NCBI GenBank assembly: GCA_951406725.2
Contig: OX597823.1
Location: forward strand, 91,512,001-91,576,000
Source: Octopus vulgaris
Taxonomy: Eukaryota
Direction: 5' to 3'
DNA length: 64,000 nucleotides
Position numbers and translations under genes: made by a program. Under the pieces are notes generated by a model. That model searched no databases. It was not told where the DNA came from and saw nothing but the letters and a program-made list of their open reading frames with translations. Below, piece after piece: positions 55,659 to 64,000 of the stretch. Each line of letters begins with the position of its first letter. The first letter of the stretch is position 1.

Positions 55659-55924
55659 AAGATAGATAGAGACACACACACATACACACACATGCAAACA
55701 CACACGTGAGTGTGGTGTATATCTATATAAAATAAATGGATTCAACTGCACCTTCAGAAAAATTAAAGGATTATCATATCTTTTTAGTGTATGATGATCT
55801 TCAGCTGAAGGTGGTAGAGGTGAGAGATCAATGCAGACAGCCTACGAATACCATACAGAATAGTTCAGACAGCACCTGAATAACAGCAAGTGCTTAAAAG
55901 TGAAGAGAACAACATCCTACATGA

Positions 55925-56282
55925 TTGTTTGCTAACATAACATAGCAGTCCTGGTTTAGGACGAATGTTACTGTAATTTAGCCCCAAGGGAATCTAGCAA
56001 CCCCACACATTGAAACAATATCTGTGTACCATAATTTCCAGGTTATTTTACTTCATCAGCACAAAATAACTGTTCAGGAAATCGTGATACACAGATATTG
56101 TTTTGAGCTGAGTGGAGGTGCTATATTCCCTTGTTCGAAAATATAAGGACACAGATCGTATCGTATAGCCAGCTGGAGACAATGTCTCCTGGGGCTAAAT
56201 TACAGTAATATTCGTCCTAAACCAGGACTGCCATGTTATGTTGGCATCTCACGTGAGATTTAAAAATAGTAATTTTCTAACA
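55925..56282. mobile_element. Foldback family H2 with HHR-like fold at the apex (56023-56063, minus)
   Basis: inverted arms homologous to the 13410 and 19973 copies; TGTG-CTGATGA..GGAAA-TTATGG-TA-CACA. Confidence 0.7.
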
Positions 56283-56464
56283 TCTTCCATGTTGGCAGTG
56301 AGCTCCTCAAGATGTATTTTTGTCCTGATAACCTCCTATACAACCCCAAAACTGCAGGAGAAATACACTTTAAATAAGACCCAGATGTGAAACACTCACC
56401 ATACCAAAGAAAGGCTGATGCTTGGATTTGTTTCTCGAAGCCTTTTAGAAAACAATAATACTGA

Positions 56465-56679
56465 GTTCAAATTTTAGCACAAGGCCAGAAATTATGGGGG
56501 AGGGGTTTAAGTGAATTAGATCGACCCCAGTGCTCAACTGATATTCATTTCATCAACCCTGAAAGGATGAAAGGCATAGTTGACCTCGGTGGATTTTGAT
56601 CTCAGAGCATAAAGATGGCTGAAACGTTGGTAAGCATTTTGCCCAGCATGCTAATGATCCAGCCAGCTCACTGCCTTAA
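56465..56679 (-). mobile_element. SINE family B variant
   Basis: Meta-like core on minus strand; tail as in 62040-62110. Confidence 0.7.
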
Positions 56680-56907
56680 GAAGTCAGTAATACTGAAATA
56701 AAGTGTGAAGTGCAGTGTCTCTTCAACTTGTAACTACTACATCACATCACACTTTGGAATGAATGCATTTGCTATCCATGCACAAGAAATACTACAAGAT
56801 TACAAGATACCTCACAAATAAAATGAGACAGTGGAACATTTGGAGCCTCTAGATACAACCAAGAATGTTGATTATGTCATATTTCTGTGGATGACATCAC
56901 ACATATG

Positions 56908-57095
56908 GTTCTATATTTAAGAGATGAGGACTAATATCCGTCATTTTTTACATTTGATGGATATTTGTCCTCATCTTGTTTGTTGTTAACCCAAGACACC
57001 TGATGAAGGCTGGAGGGTATATCAACCGAAACGTTGTGTTAACAGCAAACAAGATAAGGACAAATATCTATTAGATGTAAATAATGTAAATAATA
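56908..57095. mobile_element. H1 copy 6, collapsed to a terminus, short arms and one HHR (56995-57040)
   Basis: GACAC-CTGATGA-AGGCTG..CAACC-GAAACGT-T-GTGTT between inverted arms. Confidence 0.8.
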
Positions 57096-57128
57096 TCATG
57101 CATGGGTTCTGCAGCTGCTCAAAAATAC

Positions 57129-57362
57129 CTATTTCTTTACTACCCACAAGGGGCTAAACACAGAGGGGACAAACAAGGACAGACAAGCGGATTAAGTCGA
57201 TTATATCGATCCCAGTGCATAACTGATACTTATTTAATCGACCCCAAAAGGATGAAAGGCAAATTCGACCTCGGCGGAATTTGAACTCAGAGCGTAGCGG
57301 CAGACGAAATACCGCTAAGCATTTTGCTCGGTGCACTAACATTTCTGCCAGCTCGCCGCCTT
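57129..57362 (-). mobile_element. SINE family B
   Basis: reverse complement of 23709-23965. Confidence 0.85.
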
Positions 57363-58016
57363 TGTATTCTCAAAAATACCATCATGGAACAAAATCTCAT
57401 TGTGACATGATTCTCTCACCAAAACAATATACAATGACATCTGAATAAACAAATGTCAGAATCCCCATCTTTTTTGTTGCTATCTACATTCCAGTGAAGG
57501 AGCTTTCTGTATCTATTAGAAACCAGCTCCTGCTTTGGAGGAAGACTTCAGATTATTAAAAATAGAAGGGAACATACTTATATATATACATACACCAGAA
57601 CTCATGAACAGTCAAAACTCATTTCAAAAGAACAAAGCCTTTTTCAAAGATAGATATCATTTTTTGTTATTCCTCATTGAATGTTTTACGACATACATTT
57701 TTATTTATTTGTGAGTATTTACATTTAAAAAGCGAATTTGAAATATTCAATAAGATTACTGCAACATATTCATCGATGGCAAATAGCAAATATAATTGGA
57801 GAAATGAGGTTCTATTGGAAATGAGAAATGCAATTGAATTCTTGGAAAATATTTACATATATGACATTATTACTGTCGGAGGGAAAGGGACAAATCATTC
57901 TGAATACAGGAAAATGTGTATATATGTGTGCATGTGTGTGTATACATGTGTGTTTATACGTGGGTGTGTGTACGTGTGTGTGTACGTGTGTGTGTGTGTG
58001 CGTGTGAATGTGTGTG

Positions 58017-58066
<50 letters not shown>

Positions 58067-58100
58067 GTATATATGTATTTACATATGTATATTTACATAT

Positions 58101-58133
<33 letters not shown>

Positions 58134-58439
58134 GTATAATATGTATATATACATATGTATGTGCATATATACATATAAACATGCACATACATATACGCAC
58201 AAATAAGTATATATATATATATATATAAAACATACATTCACACACATATACATGCACACGTATGTATACATATATATTCATATGTATTTGTGTATGTGTA
58301 GATATATGTAAATTGATTGGAATTCTTGGCCCTTGAGTCACTCTGTTGCTTCTGCTAAATATTTATAAAAGAATACGTATATACTCATATTTGGAGTTCT
58401 ACATTTTCTGTTTGCATCACCAAACCTATATAAACGTGC

Positions 58440-58740
<301 letters not shown>

Positions 58741-59174
58741 GTTTGCCTACATATCTATCTATACACACACGCACACACACACACACACACACACATAAAT
58801 ATATGTATATGCACGCATATACACAGTTATATGTGCAGATGCATGTATCTGCAGGTGTTCTGAACCTAATGAGTTGACCAGGTGCAAACTGAAGCTATTG
58901 TTTCCACTCCAAATTTCCTTAGCTACCTCAAGGAATTTTGCATTGTGATTAGCTTATTTCCCTATCAACCTCCCTTTCTCTGTCCTTGCTCTTTTTCTCT
59001 CCTTTCTCTCTCTTTCTCATAAAAGCACAAATTCTATGTGCAAAGAACGCTTCCAATATGGCACCAAAAACCAGTGGTGTGTCTATGCAGAGGAATCCTC
59101 GAGAACACGGATCGCAAAATAAATCACTTTTGAAAGACATTTATTATTATTTATCATTTATTTTCAATATGTTT

Positions 59175-59587
59175 CTAAAACTTGGCGTCTTTTCTCTTTC
59201 ACGTGTACATCAGTATCAGATATCAAATCTCGAGTGGTAGCCAGTTATTTAGGATGTCATTTAAGTGCTTACGTGTGAGCCTCGAGTGCAGCTTTGTTTT
59301 ATTAATGTGCATTACAGAGATAACTCGTTAACAAAGGTAGGTAGTCCCAAACATACACAAAAGTTTTGCAGCCATGGCTGTCAATTTGAAGTACTTTGGC
59401 AAGAGGTACTGATAAAATGTGTCCAAGCCCACCAAGGTAAATTTGTTCTTCAAATCTGAATCAAGCTGCAAGTCAATCATTTCAAGTTGGATGGGCAGAT
59501 CAGAGGTGTTGAATGTGAATGGTGAGCGTAAAGCTGTGAAATCTGATTCAAGTTCATTAAAAATCTGAAACCGTTGCTCAGTCTCTT
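59175..59587 (-). pseudogene. hAT transposase C-terminal fragment (SPIN/OC1/Buster, GTF2IRD2-like)
   Basis: EQRFQIFNELESDF..RSPF..IQLEMIDLQLDSDLKNKF..GLDTFYQYLLPKYFKL..AAKLLCMFGTTYLC*RVISVMHINKTKLHSRLTRKHLNDIL matches the hATC dimerisation region; one in-frame stop and a later frameshift. Confidence 0.85.
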
Positions 59588-60590
59588 ACAGTAATCCTGT
59601 GATATTGTTTTTTGTACTGATTCATGTTAACATTATCAGTGCTCAAGGACTGCATCAAGCTCCGAACTCTAATTTGTTCATGGATTTTCCAACTTAGTGC
59701 CCTTTCTAGTACCAGCCACTTTATAGCATGGTATTGGTGCTTTATTTCATGCCACCAACACTATTGAGATTGCTATGCCATTCAAAGTATCATGAGTCCT
59801 GGGGGAAGTGGGGGTGGGTCAGCTTGATACTTAGGGATCAGAGGATTAATAGGAGAGGTAAGGTAGATAAGCAAAATCTAACTTACTTCTGAATTCTATA
59901 GAAAAGAGAATATTGCACTGCTAACACAGAAAGTAAGACTCAATATTGACTTGTTAACCTTTCAGATACCTATTTATATATTATGGTTGTAAAACAAAAT
60001 GCTGTGCTCTTGCTAGTAACTGATATTAAAATAAGTGTATTTTAACAAGCTTCTGTAATTTAAATAAAATATACTTATTGCAATGAGCAAGGAAAGATAT
60101 AATGCAGTACTAAATTCTGAGAGATTTAAGCTTGAAACATTGAAAGACAGCATTAAAACTTTTAAATTAATTCAGTTTTTTACATTTACACTGATGAGCA
60201 ACAGTATTGAAACACTAGTGTCAATGTTTAATAATATAATTATTTGTTCTAATACAAAAGCAGTGTCAAATTCATGGAGGTTTGACACTACATTCATACT
60301 ATTATAACTTTTGACTAATTCCAGTCAGTTTTTGTTCTCTTTTTTTTTTTAGGATAAATTATTCAACATTTTGCAGTCACACAGAATCCATAAAATATAA
60401 TAAAAAAACCACAATATATTTATACTATTAAGTCTAAATATTTTGCTATTGATTATGCTAACATATATACAGATAATTATATATATCTCCACATACATGT
60501 TATATACATTTATGTACAGCATAACATATATATACATATATAGAGAGACAGCATCATATGCCCATATGTATATGCATATATATATATATA

Positions 60591-60627
<37 letters not shown>

Positions 60628-60686
60628 TATGTGAATATACATATATATACATATATATATATATGTGTGTGTGTGTGAATATACAC

Positions 60687-60717
<31 letters not shown>

Positions 60718-60920
60718 CATATAAATAAATACTCACATTTACACACACGTATATATATTCAAACACACATACATATATAGATATACACACTCACACACAT
60801 ATATATGCACATACACACATATATGTATACGCACATATGCACAAACACTAATAAAATTTGATTCACTCAGATAGACAAGTACGTTTTAAATGTACGCACA
60901 AACAAAACAAAATTGACACT

Positions 60921-60954
<34 letters not shown>

Positions 60955-61387
60955 TGTAATTTCAAACTTTCTAGTATGAGGAGAGCCAACTTATCAAACA
61001 TTTCATCTATACTGTTGAGTATTGCGTATTATAAATATTCATACATGACATTGTATTAAGATGAAATATTAATATATTTTTGTATTAAAATGTATTCAGG
61101 TCTTTTTCCTCACTATAATGCCTTTTGTTTTGTTTTGTTTTATTTTGTTTTTTCTGATGTGGTTTTTATTTTTTTGGGTTTTTGTATATTTGTTTCCCCA
61201 CCGATATATTCGATTTATTCTTTTGAAATTGAAATTCATGTGTGTATTGTGTGTTTTATTCAGTATGTTGTTATTGAGAAAAATATATATATATGTTTAT
61301 AATATACACATATATATATATGTGCATGGATATGTGTGTATGTGTTTACACACATATCTGTTTATACATGTGTATGTATTTATGTGC

Positions 61388-61464
<77 letters not shown>

Positions 61465-61492
61465 CACATATATATATATATGTATATGCATT

Positions 61493-61531
<39 letters not shown>

Positions 61532-61974
61532 AGACAGACTATCTATCTAGATAGATAGACAGACTAATAGGTAGATAAATAGATAGATAGACAGACATAC
61601 AGACAGAAAGGTTGATTAACAGATTCAGAGATACTTATGTGCATGGACCAATAGATAGATTAGATACGCTGATAGACAGGTAGATGAGCAGATAAATAAG
61701 TACGTAGATAAGTAGATAAGGAGGGAGACAGAGACAGTCAGACATTTCTGAATACTTCAGGCCATCAAATTTTCTACAGGGCTTCAATAAATCTTTAAAC
61801 TTTTCTTGTGTCTTGGAACTGTAAAGTAAATAACAAACATTCAATGATATAACCATCATCATCATCGTTATCCCAACCACCACCACCACCATTTCCATCT
61901 TCATTATTATCATCATTGGTATCCTCATCATTGTTTGCATCTTAATGTTTATTTCTCAATATTAAGGTAATTTT

Positions 61975-62570
61975 CCACCAAGGTTGACTTTGCCTTTCAT
62001 CCTTTTGGGGTCGATAAATTAAGTACCAGTTGTGTGGTGGGGTCGATCTAATCGAATGGCCCCCTCCCCCAAAATTTCAGGCCTTGTACTTAGAGAAGGA
62101 AAGAATATTAAAGTAATCGATGGCGGCGAGCAGGCAGAATTGTTAACATACTGGGTGAAATGCTTAGCGGTATTTTGTCCATCTTTACATTCTGAGTTCA
62201 AATTCTTCCTTGGTCGACTTTGCCTTTCATCCTTTTGGGGTCGATAAAATAAGTACCAGTTAAACACTGGGGGTCGATGTAATCGATTTATCCCATCCCT
62301 TGAAATTTCAGGCCTTGTGCCTACATTAGAAAGGAATATTAAGGCGATCTAAGGTGGCAAGCTGGCAGAATCGTTAGCCCACTGGACAAAATGATTAACA
62401 GCATTCTGTCCATCTATAAGTTCTGAGCTCAAATTCTGCCAAGGTCGAATTTGCCATTCCCCTTTTCGGAGTCAATGAAATAAGTACCAGTTGAAAACTG
62501 GAGTCAATGTTATCACCTTGAGCCCCCAAAATTGCTGGATTTGAGCCAAACATTTGGAACCATTATTAAA
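61975..62570 (+). mobile_element. tandem array of three SINE family B variant units
   Basis: GGTCGACTTTGCCTTTCATCC-like core recurs at ~61982, 62211 and 62442. Confidence 0.8.
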
Positions 62571-63919
62571 ATAATTTCTGCAATCTGTAGACACAAGTCT
62601 ATTTGGCACGTTCAACTAGTAACAAAATTGGTAGACTCACCAAAGTGCCCTGAGAATGATATCACATATCTCTATAATTAGCTCTCATTAAGTTGTTAAT
62701 ATGGACTGGATTTCTCTCACAACCATAATATCACAGTTGCTGAGTGCCAAGTGTGTCAGCAAAATACCTGATGTTTGGTGTGTAGTTCTTGGTATATTTT
62801 GTGATGAACTACAGCAAAATACACATGAAAAACCAGCTCACCTCCAACGAATTCTCTGGAGGTTTTACAGCCTCAGTGCATGTCTGCACATCAACAGCTA
62901 TTGCTGACTGAAACCAGCCTCGGATCAGAAGAATTTGGCAACAGATAGACTGCATGATTAGTGGAATGTGTCTCTTTCACAATTAATGAAAAAAGAAACC
63001 CTCAGATCTAGTCAGATGAGAACTAGTGTAAAGGACAATGGTCAGGTGATAAAATATAATGAGAGTGCTGTTTATGCTTGTCATACCTGCTTCACCTTTC
63101 AGGAATAGTTACATCTCAGCTCATCCTGCTTATTGTCTCATCCCTGATTTAATCCACTTGAAGATTCACACAGCACCTGACCCTAACAAACTTAACCAAT
63201 CTGTCTATCCTCTAATATCCCATGATGAAGCCTGATAACATAATTCTTGCCTCACCAGAGGCCAAATATTATCATTTCTGGGTTAATCTTTACTTCTGTC
63301 AACATTCTGTAAAATTTTGTAAAAACACTGTAAAAACTGTGACCATCAAAATAATTTCTGCAATGGCTGATCTTAGATCATTTAGGGGTGGTGTTGACTT
63401 GGCATATCAATAGAGAGTTTTGAAGGGGGAAGAAGCTAAGAAGACAAAGAATCTAAGGATAAGAAAGAGAAGCTGAAGGAGGAACTAAGGAGTAGAAGGA
63501 GCTGAAGAAAAGGAGGAAGAAAAAGAAGCAGCAGCTGAGAACAAGAAGAAGCTAAGAAGAAGAAGAAGCTAAAAAGAAGGAATGAAGAAAAGATTTAGAA
63601 GCTGAAAAAGAAGCTAAGCAGCTGAGATTTTCCTCAATAGCTTCTCTGGTCTTAGTAATGCATTGAAATCCAATTCACAAAGAAGAGATGGGAGAGAAAT
63701 AATTGAAGGAGGGAGAACATGATTGGAAAAATGTTGTTCAATGAAGAATTTTCGCCTCTGCAAAGGATTCCAAAGCAACAGGCTAAAAGGAAATGGTTGA
63801 TTCTTTCGTTTGATCAAATTTAATAAGAACCCTAACAAAAGCCAAATTTATTAACCATTCTTTCAACTGCAGATTCCATGAAGTGGAGCTTGTCATCTTT
63901 TATTGTTTGTTTTTTATCG

Positions 63920-64000
63920 TCTATTTGTCTCAGTCATTAGACTGTGGCCATGCTGGGGCACCACCTTGAAGTATTTCTTTTATTAAGCCTGGTACTTATT
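63920..64000 (-). mobile_element. SINE family A 3' end, cut by the window edge
   Basis: CAGTCATTAGACTGTGGCCATGCTGG. Confidence 0.7.

Noticed and set aside
62600-62960. Possible very old mariner fragment (LLSAKCVSKI resembling KLSARWVP)
   Set aside because: Similarity is too weak to support without a profile search.
63415-63625. Lys/Glu-rich coiled-coil-like coding sequence
   Set aside because: Interrupted by stops; low-complexity purine repeat.

Overview
AT-rich, repeat-saturated animal genomic DNA with no confidently identifiable host protein-coding exon. The repeat repertoire resembles an octopus/coleoid cephalopod genome, which is an inference. Most ORFs in the track are microsatellite artefacts. 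Supported content: several tRNA-derived SINE families (one with a MetaSINE-like core), many 5'-truncated RTE-LINE 3' ends, a full-length decayed mariner with TIRs plus other mariner relics and MITEs, two non-autonomous Helitrons, a piggyBac-type MITE, a SPIN/Buster-type hAT transposase relic, a Penelope-like GIY-YIG fragment with an inverted pLTR, and a full-length U2 snRNA pseudogene. The most striking signal is a high density of minimal type-I hammerhead ribozyme (HHR) folds in about eight unrelated sequence contexts, several within foldback or inverted-repeat elements. The best example is a six-copy palindromic family made of two head-to-head tRNA-like Pol III heads, each followed by (AAT)n and a minimal HHR. 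All folds were identified by eye; repeat boundaries are approximate unless termini are stated.
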